Assembly: GCA_030264375.1 (NCBI GenBank) | Contig: JASCQW010000139.1 | Coordinates: forward strand, 3,765,619 to 3,829,618 | Source: Carcharhinus longimanus | Taxonomy: Eukaryota | Length of the DNA: 64,000 bases | Direction: 5' to 3' | Shown here: in pieces, positions 35,759 to 48,405 of the stretch | How positions within the stretch are numbered: position 1 is the first letter of the stretch | How the letters are laid out: every line of letters begins with the position of its first letter | Translations under genes and position numbers: made by a program | Notes under the pieces: model-generated | Told to the model about the DNA's origin: nothing | What the model saw: the letters and a program-made list of their open reading frames with translations, nothing else | Databases searched by the model: none

Positions 35759-38700
35759 CAAGATCCATGCTCTATTTCACATGTGAAGCTAATGATCAAC
35801 TGACCTTTACACACACCAAAGTTAATTCAATATTGTGCATGCCCAGAGAATTTGTATCCTGTTAGCCTCCATTTCCTGTCCAAATGGACTAAAAGGAAAC
35901 AACACATTCTTGTAACAAATTCTCTGACCCATTTAGGATGCAGATACATTCGGAATCCAACAGCTTTGACATGCAGCCACTTGCCATCAGACTCTTATTT
36001 ATCAATGTATTACATCAGGATGGGGCTGAACATCCTGGTGGGTCACTGCCCAATGCTCCACATGCCACTGGACTGACCATTCCATGTAGCAACAGAGAAA
36101 GCAATTATAAACTTCAGAGCCTTTGGATTAACGTGACAATCGAGTTTTGAAAAGCCAGTCACTGCAGCACAATGCTGATGAAAACAATTAAACTGCCTAG
36201 CTGCAGGAACGGACTGTCTGTAAGAGATGGTGCCAGACACATTGAAATTTCAGAAAGAAATTTTGATCAACTTGCTCCCAGTCTCTGGAACTGGACCCAA
36301 GATCCTTCCCTCCATGATCCATTTTTCATGCAACAACTTTCACCTTCACTCTCAAGCAGTAATCTGGCAGAATTGACCACATGCTTGACATAAGATTTAT
36401 TTTAATTGGATGGATTCTGCAATTGGCAGAACAGCAGCCAGGTAAAGGTGAAGATTACTTTTTTCCTCTTTTGAAGGCAGTGTCAGCAGTGGCTGACATT
36501 TTGGGGGATCACTTTTGCCTCAGAAGTTTATGGGTGAGAGTTCCAACACCAGAAACTTGAATGTGTGTCAGAGATGGACATTGCAGCACAGTACTGAGGG
36601 AAGACAGCCACCTTTGGATATTTTAAACTGAGCCCCTGCAGGCCCTTTCAAGTGGATGTAACCCTTGGGTGAAAGGAGGACAGTTGTGCAGCGTGATAAC
36701 TGACCATGATCATCAGTGAGGGTTTAAACATACAAATAAAAAAGATTTTACCAATAATTGTACTACTCTCTTATTGTGGTGCCTACATTACAGCTACATG
36801 GTTAAAAAATACTCTAATTAATGCTTGAAAAGTAGGCACCATTCACAGGTCAACCTTTACTTCTCATAGAACCTCTACAACGACAGATGGGAAAAGAGCA
36901 TCCAATCCATCTCTCAACATGTGATATCTTGTGATTCACTATATATTATGTACTCCCTATGCCACAGTAAACCATGTCGTCTCCTGGGAGAAATACAACA
37001 CCAAATAAAAGCCCATGAAAAACTTAGAGGGGGAAATTAGTCTCCAACTTTATTAGGAGATGGAAATCTGGAAAGATCACCACTCTTGGCCCTGATAATT
37101 CAATACAATACTCACACCTTTTATATCGGGTGATCTCTCTATGTCCGCCCACACCAGCCTTCAGGAAATTGGTCAACTGGGGCAAGCATTACAGGTACTT
37201 CACTGTGGCACTGAAATAATCAGATGAATTTCTTCATATGCTGCAAATGATTCAGAGGCTTGTTTCTTTAATGGGAAATATCCCTCAGCTGTAGTCTGTC
37301 ATTGAAGATTACAAAGACTCTCAAAGGATTTCTTATTATAATAAAGTCACATAATCAGGAACATCTTTAGTATTGTTTAACCCTAGACTTACCCAATAGA
37401 CAAATTTACATTAAAAAAATAGCTTAGGGTTGCTCTGTTGACCTCTTTCCATTTGAAGTTTGCTTTCAGTTTTCTACCTATCCTGCAACCTTTTCGCCTA
37501 CCCATATTTTGAAATTTAAATTGCTCTGCACCTTTGGTCTACCTGACCCTGTTATCCATTCTGCTTGCTGGAGCAATAAGCTCCATACAGCCGAGAAGAA
37601 TCCTGGTTCAAAAGGATGTCACCATCATATCCAACAGGAACAGGAAATGGAAAAAGGACAATAGTTAAACAACTGGCAATGATGAAGGTGAGCAAACACA
37701 GTTTGGATGCAATAACAGCACAAAGGAGTGCAACTAATGGGAAGTGCTAATGGAGATAGCACGTATGCAGTCAAAATAAACTTGAGATTTCAGAGGAGGA
37801 AGTTTGTGCCACAGAGTGAGGGGGTGCAATGAGCACAAATGCTGGCACAGACCAATAGCAAAAAATTACCTATTCATGTGCTTCGACTCCTCCGGAATCT
37901 GTATTTGGTTTTGAGCATCCTACCTTAAGAGGATACACCGGCATAGAAGGGCAGTGATGATTCATCAAAGCAATATCTGGGGTAAAGGAATTAGGTAATC
38001 GGAGTTATATTCCATAGCGATAAAAGGTGGCAAGGTGGAGGTGTTTGATGTAATAAAGAATTAGCAAGAGGGGGAAGTCCCTGCCTTGTAATAGTGGACC
38101 CAAGGAAAAAAAATCTAGAACTAGCTTCACACAAAAAAATTTAAGAAAACATTGGACTCAAGACCATAGATGCAAGGCCAATTAAGGTATTAATGCTTTC
38201 AAGGTCAAGTGGCCTGTTTTTGTTCCTAGTCCCTGACTCAGTCACATCATGTACAGACAGAAGTACAGTTCTTAATGTCAACAAGTAACCCCAAACACAG
38301 CTGAGGTGAAAAATGCTTGTTTTCTGTGCAAAGAAAACAAGATAAATGAGTGCTATGTTCTAGCCAGTATATTAAAAAGTTAAAGGAAGGTCAAGTAGGC
38401 TTAAACTGCTACAAAATATGAATCAAAATAATAAATATTTAGAAGATCCACTGATGAGAAATGCAGTCCAAAGTCCAGTCCCCATCTGTATGCAAGAATA
38501 GAGTTTAAGGAGAAATCACAGCCTTCAGAGGCCAATACCACACACCAAGATCTGAAACACAACCTGAACAAGGGTGGAAATCAGATTCCATGGAAACAAA
38601 ACTTTGTTTTTCTCTAAAGGCAATTGGAGATGCACCTGAAGAGTGGAAATTTACATGGTTGTGTGGGACCAAATGGGACAACTCTGATTTGATGGGCCAA

Positions 38701-39202
38701 AAAGCCTCACTGTTGGGTGTTGCTTGCACATACAAACAGGGCGGACAGGTGACCTACAATTAACTAAACCCTACTCTAACTAAACCCCATCCATGTGCAA
38801 TATGCCTGTTTTTTTTCCCCCCCACAGGATGAAAGCGTCACTGGTTAGGCCAGTATTTCTTCCCCATCCCCAACTGCCCTTGCAAAGGTGGTTGAGTCCC
38901 ATTCTTCAACCACTGAGGTCCATGTACTGTAGGTACTACCACCACGCTGTTTTAGGAAAAGAGCTCTAGGACTTTGACCCAGCTGCCATGAATAAACAGC
39001 GATATAGTCCCAAATCAGCAAGGTGAGTAGCTTGCAGGTGGTGGTGCTCCCATGCATCTGCTGTCTTTGTCCTTCTAGATGGTACAGCACTGTAGAAGGA
39101 GCTTTGGTGAGTTGCTGCAGTGCATCTTGTAGATGGTGTCATTGTGCATTGGTAGTGGAGAAAGTGAATACGGAATGTAGTGATGGTGTGCCAAAGCAGG
39201 TT

Positions 39203-39780
39203 AGAACATAGAACATTACAGCACAGGCCCTTCAGCACTCAATGTTATGCTGAGCTATGTGCAATCCCAAGATCAAGCTATCCCACTCCCTATAATTCTG
39301 GTGTGCTCCATGTGCCTATCCAATAACCACTTGAAAGTTCCTAAAGTGTCCGACNNNNNNNNNNNNNNNNNNNNNNNNNNNNNNNNNNNNNNNNNNNNNN
39401 NNNNNNNNNNNNNNNNNNNNNNNNNNNNNNNNNNNNNNNNNNNNNNNNNNNNNNNNNNNNNNNNNNNNNNNNNNNNNNNNNNNNNNNNNNNNNNNNNNNN
39501 NNNNNNNNNNNNNNNNNNNNNNNNNNNNNNNNNNNNNNNNNNNNNNNNNNNNNNNNNNNNNNNNNNNNNNNNNNNNNNNNNNNNNNNCATAAGACCTACC
39601 CTCCAAACCAGGCAGCATCCTGGTGAATCTCCTCTACACTGTGTCCGATGCTTCCACATCCTTCTTATAATGTGGTGACCAGAACTGAACATATTATTCC
39701 AAATGTTGTCTCACCAACATCCGGTATAGTTGCAGCATAACCCCACGGCTCATAAACTCAAACCCCCCTGTGAATAAACA
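39203..39780 (-). mobile_element. CR1 (HER1-like) 3' fragment nested in the older LINE
   Basis: VQFWSPHY.KDVEA..VQRRFTRMLPGL; FKWLLDRHM; agaacatagaacat tail. Confidence 0.85.
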
Positions 39781-40963
39781 AGGCCTCCGTGTCCTCTAAA
39801 CTTCTACAGCTGTATGACACCTTCCTCTCTTTCCCCTGTCCCCAATAATTGGGGCACTGATCCACCACCCGTCCCCACCCTCCACACCCCCACTCCCCCC
39901 CCCAACCCCCCGCCCCCCCATTTCAGAGCACCTGCAAGTGCTCACTCGCCTTCCCCTCAATGCTAACAAGCAAACTGCATTTAACTTGCTGGGATGCTCT
40001 GCCAAACTGCCTGCAGCTGATCTGCCCGAACGAGGGGCAACTCTATTAAAAACTCAAGAATGGGTAGACAGGGCAGCATTCCTGCACAAAACGTGTGCAC
40101 ACAAACAGCTCCCCGATTTTCTGAAGGTGACATGTGGAGGCGAGTGGATGTGGCAGAAGCGAGGGGGGACACCCCTTTTTTCCCCCCAGGAGGATGCAGA
40201 CCCCCGGCGGGGGGGTGGGGGGGGTGGGTGGGGGCGGCTGAAGAAAATGTGACCTGGGAGCACGTTGCCGCCTCGGTCAGTGCCAGCGCACGGGCGGGNN
40301 NNNNNNNNNNNNNNNNNNNNNNNNNNNNNNNNNNNNNNNNNNNNNNNNNNNNNNNNNNNNNNNNNNNNNNNNNNNNNNNNNNNNNNNNNNNNNNNNNNTG
40401 GGGAGTTGGTAGGAGTTACTTGCCACAGAATTCCCAGCTCCTGACCTGCTCTCATCTCCACAGTATTTGTATGATTAGTCCAGTTCAGTTTCTGATCAAT
40501 GTAATCTCAAGGTTGTTCATAGTGGGGAATTTAGCAATTGTAATGCTATTGAATGTCGGTTAGATTCGCTCGAATTAGGAGGTGGTCCTTGGCTGGCATT
40601 TCTTTGACACAAAATGTTATTTGCCACTTATCAGCTGTTATGCTGGGATTTGAACCCATATCCTCTGATCATTAGCCTGGACATTTGGTTTAAGGTCACT
40701 GGACTAGTAATCCAGAGGCCCAAGCTAATGCTCTGGGTATGCAAGTTCAAATCCCACCATGGCTGCTAATGGAAGTTAAAATTCAATTAATAGATCTAGA
40801 ACTCAAAGCTACTGTTAGTAATGGTGACCATGGCAACTCTTATAAAACCGATCTGGTTCACAAATGTCCTTTCAGGAAGGAAATCTGCCATCTTTACTTG
40901 GTCTGGCCCACATGTGGCTGCAGATCCACAGCCATGTGGGTGACACTTAACTGCTCTCTGAAA

Positions 40964-41248
40964 GCAGCATGATGGCACAGTGGTTAGCACTGCTGCCTCA
41001 CAGTGCCAGGGACCTGGGTTTTAATGGTTTCGTTTCCCTGCTTCAGTCACTGTCCGTGTGAAGTTTGCACATTGTCCCCGTGGCTGCATGGATTTCTTCC
41101 AGGTGCTCCTGTTGCCTCCCACAGTCCAAAAGACATGCTAAATTCTCCCTCAGTGTATCCGAACAGGTGGAGTGTGGAAACTCGGGGATTTTCTCAGTGA
41201 CTTCATTGCACTGTTAATGCAAGCCTACTTGTGACACTGATAAATAAA
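40964..41248 (+). mobile_element. HE1-like SINE, type B, nested in a third-family SINE
   Basis: Consensus motifs. Confidence 0.85.
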
Positions 41249-44200
41249 CCAGAACAAAAAAAAAAGGCCTAGCAAGCCACTCAGTTCAAGGGCAATTAGG
41301 GGTGGGCAACAAATGCTGGCCTTNNNNNNNNNNNNNNNNNNNNNNNNNNNNNNNNNNNNNNNNNNNNNNNNNNNNNNNNNNNNNNNNNNNNNNNNNNNNN
41401 NNNNNNNNNNNNNNNNNNNNNNNAAGGGCAATTAGGGGTGGGCAACAAATGCTGGCCTTCCCAGTAATGTTCACATCCCAGGAAAGGTTAAAAAAAAATG
41501 CCAAAGCCTGAATGTTATCCAAGTCTTGCTGCATTTCGACATGGACAGTTTCAGCACCTGAGTCCCGAATGGCAGTGAACGTTGTGCAAGTCATCCCTTA
41601 CTTCTAATCTTATGATGAAGGGAAGCTTAACGATGATGCAGCTGAAGATGGCTGGACCTAGGGAACTACCCTGAGGAACTCCTGCCATGATGTCATGGGA
41701 CTGAGATGATGGACCTCCAACAACCACAACCATTTTTCTTTGCGCCAGGTTTGACTACAATCAGTGGAAAGTTTTCCTTGATTTCCATCGACCTTTCTGC
41801 TGGCGCTTCTTGATGCTACACCAAGTCAAAGGCTGCCTTGATTTCAAGGGCAGTCAATCTTGCCTCTTCTGAAATTCAGCCCTTTTGTCCATGTTTGGAA
41901 CAAAGCTTAACTGAGGCAAGCAGCTGAGTAGCACGGGCCGAACACAAACCGAACACAGTGCGGTTATTAGTAAGTGCCACTAAATAGCTCTGTCGATGAC
42001 TCCTTCCATCACTTTGGTGATTATCAAGAGTAGATTGATGGGGTGGAAATTGGGAAGGTTGCATTTGTCCTGTTTTGTGCATACAAGTTGTACCAGGACA
42101 ATTTTCCACATTGCCAGGTAGATGACAGTATTGTGACTGTGCTGGAACAGCTTGGCTAGGGATAAAGCTAATTCTGGAACACAGGTCTTCAGTACTATTG
42201 CCAGAGTGTTGTTAGGGCCCATTGCCTTTCAGTCATTACTTGATTTCATGTGGAGGGAAATCAGACTGCTGAAGACAGGCATCTGATGGATATGGAGATG
42301 GTTCTTCCACTCTGCACTTCTGGCTGGAGATGGGTGCAAGTGCTTCAGCCTGGTCTTTTGCAGCTCAAGTAAATGCATGGCGTTATGGGTATAGGGCCTG
42401 GGTGGGATTGTGGTCAGTGCAGACCCGTTGGGCCTCCTTCTGCACTGTAGGGATTCTATGATTTTGCACCCTTATCTTTGGCAGCTCACCCGTCATTGAG
42501 AATGGGAATATTTCTTCGTGTAGTCTCCTTCTCCGGTCAGTTGTTTAATTGTCCAATAACATTCACAGCTGGATGTGGCAGGGCTACAGAGCTGAGATCT
42601 AATCTGTAAGCATTGATGTCACTAATCTTTGTCTATTGCATGCTGCTTCCCGTGTTTGGCATGCAAGTAGCGCTGTTTTGTAACTTCACCAGGTTGACAT
42701 CTCATTTTGAGGGATGCATGTGCTATTCCTCCTGCACTCTTCACTGATCCAAGGTTGATCACCAGCTAGATGATAACGGTAGAGTGTGGAATATGCTGGA
42801 CCGTAAGGTTAGATTGCAGTTGTATATAGCTCTGCTGATAACCCATGCTGCCTCATTGTACCTAGTTTTGAGCTGCTAGATCTGTTCGAAATTTATCCCA
42901 TTTAGCATGGTGGTAATGCTGCAATTGGAGGATGTCCTCAAAGTGAAGATGGGACTTTGTCCTCAAGGATGATGCACTGGTGCTTCATTTGCAACAGGCA
43001 GATAAGGATGAGGTTAAATAGGTTTCTCCCTCATGTTGGCTTCATCATGACTTTTTGCAGACAGAGTATAGCAGCTACAACATTAGGATTCGGCCAGCTT
43101 GGTCAGTGATAGTGCTACTGAGCCACTGTTGGTGATGGGTGGGGAAGGGTAGGTGGCAAACAGGACATTTCATTGCTTATGTTTGACCTAATGCCATGAA
43201 ACATTGAGAGGTCTGGAATCAATGTTAGAGCCCCAGACTAGCCTCTCACAATGTATACTATTGTGCTTCCATCTCTAATAGTCCTGTTGGTGGGATAGAA
43301 TATTCCCAGAAATAGTGATGGTGATGTGTAGGACATTGTTTCTAAGGTATAATTCCATGAGCATGACTGACAGGCTGTTGCTTGCCTAATATGAGCCAGC
43401 TCTTCCAATTTTGGCACAAACCCCCAGATATTAGTTAGGAGGGCTTGGCAGCATCGACAGGGCTGGATTTGCTATTATTGTTTTCGTTGCCGAGGTCAAT
43501 ACCGTGTGATCTGTCTGGTTCCATTCCTTTATGTTAGGCTTTGTAGCTGTCTGATTAACTGAGTAGCATGCAGGCCATTTCAGAGTCAACCACACTGCTG
43601 TGGGTCTGGAGTCATATCTAGACAAGACCAGGACAAATGATTTCCGCAGTAAACCAGACTTTTTTTTTTACAACAATCGATAATGGTTTCATGGTTACTA
43701 TAACTGGTACTAGCTTTTCAATTCTCTGTGGTATTTGAAACTGTATCCCCAGAGCCTGGGCCTCTGGATTACTCATTCAGTGACATTACCACTTTGCCAC
43801 CTCTTCCCCTAGAACAGCACATTTTCAGAGGACCTGTTACAAAACAGTCAGCTAACACCAACTTTCCACTACTTCCAAGTGCTACCTTGAAAATCAGACA
43901 CTGCCACAAAGAGCCACAAAAAATTTTTCTTCATATTGTTTCAAACCTTGATTTTAGTCAGAAATACTGATTGCACATATATCCTGGACTCAAATCTCCT
44001 GAGCTCCTCCTTCAGCATCTCCATTCTCCAACCCTGTTCAACATGGAATCTTTGTATGCTAACTGTATCACAAATCTCTTCCCACCCACACATGATTTTG
44101 CAAACCCACATCGATTATTGATTATCGATTGTTGTGACCCTAGCCACAGCACCAGAGTGTCACCCCAGTCATGGCTCTCACCAACACAAACCAGCCAAAG

Positions 44201-45372
44201 AAAGAATCAGTGTGAACCTGGTGTGTAACATCATGGAGGAAGAACCACCAGAACTCTTCACATCAAAAGAGTGGGCAGCGCCTGCTCCATTGCAGAATGT
44301 TGCCCTGCCTCATGGTCCTGCAGCTTAATGCTGCCACGACAGCAGCGTCAAGCATACCAAGTCTAATGTAACTGAGCAGCTGCTGGTGCTGTTCCACATT
44401 GCAGCAAATGGTAGGCTGGGCAATGTCATCATTCTCCACAAAACAGATCCAACTATTCAGCAAGATTTGATAAGCCTGCCATAAAAGAGTGTGAAAATCA
44501 TGCCAGCTGCTTTGAGAAAAAGCAGCAAATATTCATGCAGTTACTGTCAACCATTACCTAGATAGATACAGTATAAAAAAAACCAACATTCATTAGTGGC
44601 TTCAACCTTCCTCCAAGGTGGACAGCACTCAACCAAATCAATAGAGGACACTGACAATCCAGCTACCTGCTCCATAATTAGAAGATTATGTTCCAGCTAA
44701 AGTTCTGGGGACCCAGGTTCAAACCCCGCTACAGAAAATGGTAGAATTTGAATACAATTTAAAAATTCTGGAATTAAGAACCGATTGACCACTGTGAAAC
44801 TATTGTCGGAAAAGCCCATCTGGTCCTTTAGGGAAGGAAATCTGTTATCCTTATCCACCGGCATGTGACTCCAGAGCCAAGGCAACATGGTTGATGCTCA
44901 ACTGCGTTCCAAGGGCAACTAGGGATAGACAATAAATGCTGGTCACCCAACGATGCCCACGTCCCACAAACGAATGGAAAAGAATGCAGAATGAGCCCAA
45001 AGTATCATTGTGGCCACAAGTCCCAGAACACAACAGATGACATCAACTTGCCCACTAAAATCAATTGCGGGAAACACCTCATTTCTCCACTCAGTATCTG
45101 AGGAGGCCACCAAATGAAGCCAAACAAGACATTTCATTACATGCATTCCCCATCATACAAAAGTAATGGCACTTCAGCCATTAGAATCCTTTGCCCCTTT
45201 GCTTGGAGAAAAATTTAGCAGTACTATTAATACACCTCTAACGTTAAATCTTTCTTCACCCGCTCCCCCCAAAATATATTGTTTGTGCTTCCTTTAAAAA
45301 TATCTCAATTGAATCAACTACATAAATCTTTTGAGAATCCGGACTATTCAAACTCTTATACAAAAGCAAACT

Positions 45373-45466
45373 AGCTCTGATGAAGGGTCATCCAGACATG
45401 AAACGTTAGCTCTGTCTCTCGCCACAGATGCTGTCAGACCTAAGATTTTCCAGCATTTTCTGTTTC
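45373..45466 (+). mobile_element. Penelope-type terminal repeat fragment with a minimal hammerhead ribozyme motif
   Basis: agct-CTGATGA-agggtcatccagacat-GAAA-cgtt-agct, then ccacagatgctgtcagacct..tttccagcattttctgtt; related copies at about 47270-47370 and 48905-49060. Confidence 0.65.
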
Positions 45467-47002
45467 ACTCAATCTCTTAACCTAGGTTTTTAATTTGTGC
45501 ATTTATATCCTTTAATCCTACACTTGCAGTCCAAGTTTAAAAGCATAATTAATTACTAGAAGTTGATTGATGCTTTCCTCCATCTCCATCTGTTTGTGGA
45601 GGCTGAAGAACTGAAACTGCTCAATTTTCCCCATGCACAATTTCTGATAACACCCAAAATGGAAGCTCGCCTTTCACAGAGCAGATGTTATTCTGGATAC
45701 AAGAGATTTCATGTTTCTAAATACTTGAGAATAGATTAAAAGCATGCAGTTATGGAGGTTGAAATGCTGTAAGGATGCCTGACAGAAGTCGAGAGATCAC
45801 ACCTAGCTCTTTCTTCAGTGTGAATTAATCATTTTCACATTGCTGTGAATTAGACTGCACTTAAGTGAGAAAAAGGTCCTTGGGAATGAGGTCGACTAAC
45901 AGAGCCAGCTATCCATAATACATTTCTTTTTAACCATTTGAAAGCAAAGTTACAACACTGGCTAGCAATTTCCATATATTCATGCAAAATGAGTGCTAGT
46001 CCCAACAGTAAATGGGCAGGAATAAAACTGACATCAAGTTATTTCTTCATTCCCAAAAATTTTAGGACAGGCTGGCTCATGGCCTACCTCCGGTGCAGAA
46101 ATCTGTTCAACTTCAGACACCGATGATACGATTTTGGAAAGCACATTTCAAAAAGGAGAGTTGGGGCAGACGGGGGGAAAAATCAGATCTGCATTTATAG
46201 TAAAATGCCTGCTTGGTGGAACAAATGATGTGGAAATGCCAGTATTCCAAGTGGAGAGGATCTCTAAGAAGATTGCACATATTGAACTTCTTACTGGAGG
46301 AAGAAAACCAGAACCTTTGTAACATGGTACGATCTCAAAGCACACAAAGAAATATTATATCAAAATTTTCAAAACGATTGGTAAACTCAAGAGAAAACTA
46401 CTGTATGGTACTATATAAAAGGTAATTGGTGTCTCAACATTTATTCTTAGGCACAAGAAAAAACCCATTAAGTACAACAAGCCCCTATCTTTTAAATAGG
46501 TCAATACCACCCACCTATCCACCTCCACAACATATCCTTCAAACAATTACTCGAGAAACAAACTAATCCCTTAAGTCATTTGTACTCCCTGCTTCAATGA
46601 CATCTTTTGCAACTTATTCCACAATTCTATTAATCTTTTGTGTTACAGACTTCAGCCCAACTTTCCTTTTTACTACCAGTTTATTCATTTTTGAACTTGT
46701 GAAACCATTGAAGAATCCTCTGGTATTTGAATCATTATAATGACTAATTTGCCTGATGAATTGCGCCAGCTCTCCTCATAATCTTCAAGCTTTCAATTAG
46801 GTCACCACGAAGTCTCCTGTTCATAAACAGAATAAACCAACTTCCTCATTCTGCACAGCCACCCCTGATTCTCTGCCCTTCTCAAAGACAATAATCTCCT
46901 ACAGTTATGGAATTAACATTTCAAAACATTTAACCTAAATAAATATCAGTTAGTTAACATGTTATACAAATGTCACTCATGAACTTAACGATGCATTCCC
47001 AC

Positions 47003-47265
47003 AGGGACAGCACAGTGGTTAGCACTGCTGCCTCTCAGCGCCATGGTTACTGTCTGTGCAGAGTCTGCACGTTCTCCCCATGTCTGTGTGGGTATCCTCC
47101 AGGTGATCCAGTTTCTCTCAGTTTTAAAGAGGGGCAGGTTAGAATGCTTTGGCCATGCTAAATTCCCCCTCGGTGTACCTGAACAGGTGCCAGAGGGTGG
47201 GGATTTTCACAGTAACTTCATTTGTTAAAATGTGAGCCTACTTATGATTCTAAGTAAACTTAAAA
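47003..47265 (+). mobile_element. HE1-like SINE, type B
   Basis: Consensus motifs. Confidence 0.8.
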
Positions 47266-48149
47266 TAAATATACTTAACAGAAAATGCTGGATAAACCCA
47301 GCAGGTCTGGCAACATCTGTGGAGGGAGAAAATAGAGTTAATGTTTTAAGTCCTTATGACTCCTCTTTGGGGCTAAAAAGGGGGAGAGACATGATGGATT
47401 ATGTACCGTGTAAGAAGTTAAGTGATTGGTTGGAGATAGAGATTGCAACAAAGATGTGTAGGTCACGAAACAGAGGAAGCATTAATGGCAACAGAAGATG
47501 TTAGCAGTGGTATAAAGGGAAGATATCAGAACATGTTACAGGAGAACAAATGTCAGAGCTCAGTGAAAGCAAAATTAGGGAAAGTTTTCAGCTGATCTCT
47601 CCTATCCCCTTAAAAGTCTTACTTTATGAACATTAATCCTGTCAGTTCAAACCTTCAGTTAACTTCCCTATTTTTGACCTTTCCGTCAGACACTGACCCC
47701 AAAAGTCTTAAACCAGCTTAGAGTTTTGCGCTTCCAAGTCTGGTGTGCACAGTAACAGTTGCTGACTTTAACAAGGTCTGCCTATCCAACCAAGGTCAGA
47801 TAACACCACTTTATCAGTCTCAAAATAGAAATGTTGCTCGCCAAGGATCTTGAAAGCCAAGTCCTGTAGAGTGTCATAAGTTACCTTGCGTCAAGAAGCA
47901 CTGTTGATGCAGGCACTAATCTGCTGGCAAAACAGAGACATTTCTCACTGGTGTTGAATATTTAGCATTAATACTTGGGTCCATAAAAAAACTTTACTTT
48001 TTAAAACCAGACCTAGGTGTATGACAGTGATATGCCCAATCTTTCCTCTTCATACAGATAGAAAGGTCGATCCATGGTCTGTGCTCGGTTAATCTTCACT
48101 GTAGCAGTAATAGAGGCACAGATGGTCTCACTTTTCTGGGATAGGAGCC

Positions 48150-48405
48150 ATTAGCACTACTGCCTCACAGCACAAAGGACCCAGGTTCAATTCCCGCTTG
48201 GGTCGCTGTCTACGTGGAGTTTACACGTTCCCCCTGCATGGGTTTCCTCCCACAGTTCAAAGATGTGCAGGTTAGGTGAATTGGCCATGTCAAATTTTCC
48301 CTCAGTGTACCCAAACAGGTGCAGGTGTGTAGCGACCAGGGGATTTTCACAGTAACTTAATTGCAGTGTAAACGTCAAGCCTACCTGTGACTAATAAACT
48401 TTACT
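48150..48405 (+). mobile_element. HE1-like SINE, type B
   Basis: Consensus motifs. Confidence 0.82.

Larger units (their letters stand above)
38847..43500 (-). mobile_element. Long degenerate CR1-clade LINE ORF2 remnant with nested insertions
   Basis: RT motifs GPNN..AIVLK.CVPELA..LAKLFQ..WK..NFHPI.LL...KVME and GVPQGS.LGP.IF; 3' end at about 38850; many frameshifts. Confidence 0.85.

Noticed and set aside
41288-41458. 36-bp direct repeat flanking a 100-N gap
   Set aside because: Same gap-flank pattern inside a SINE tail; likely an assembly artefact.
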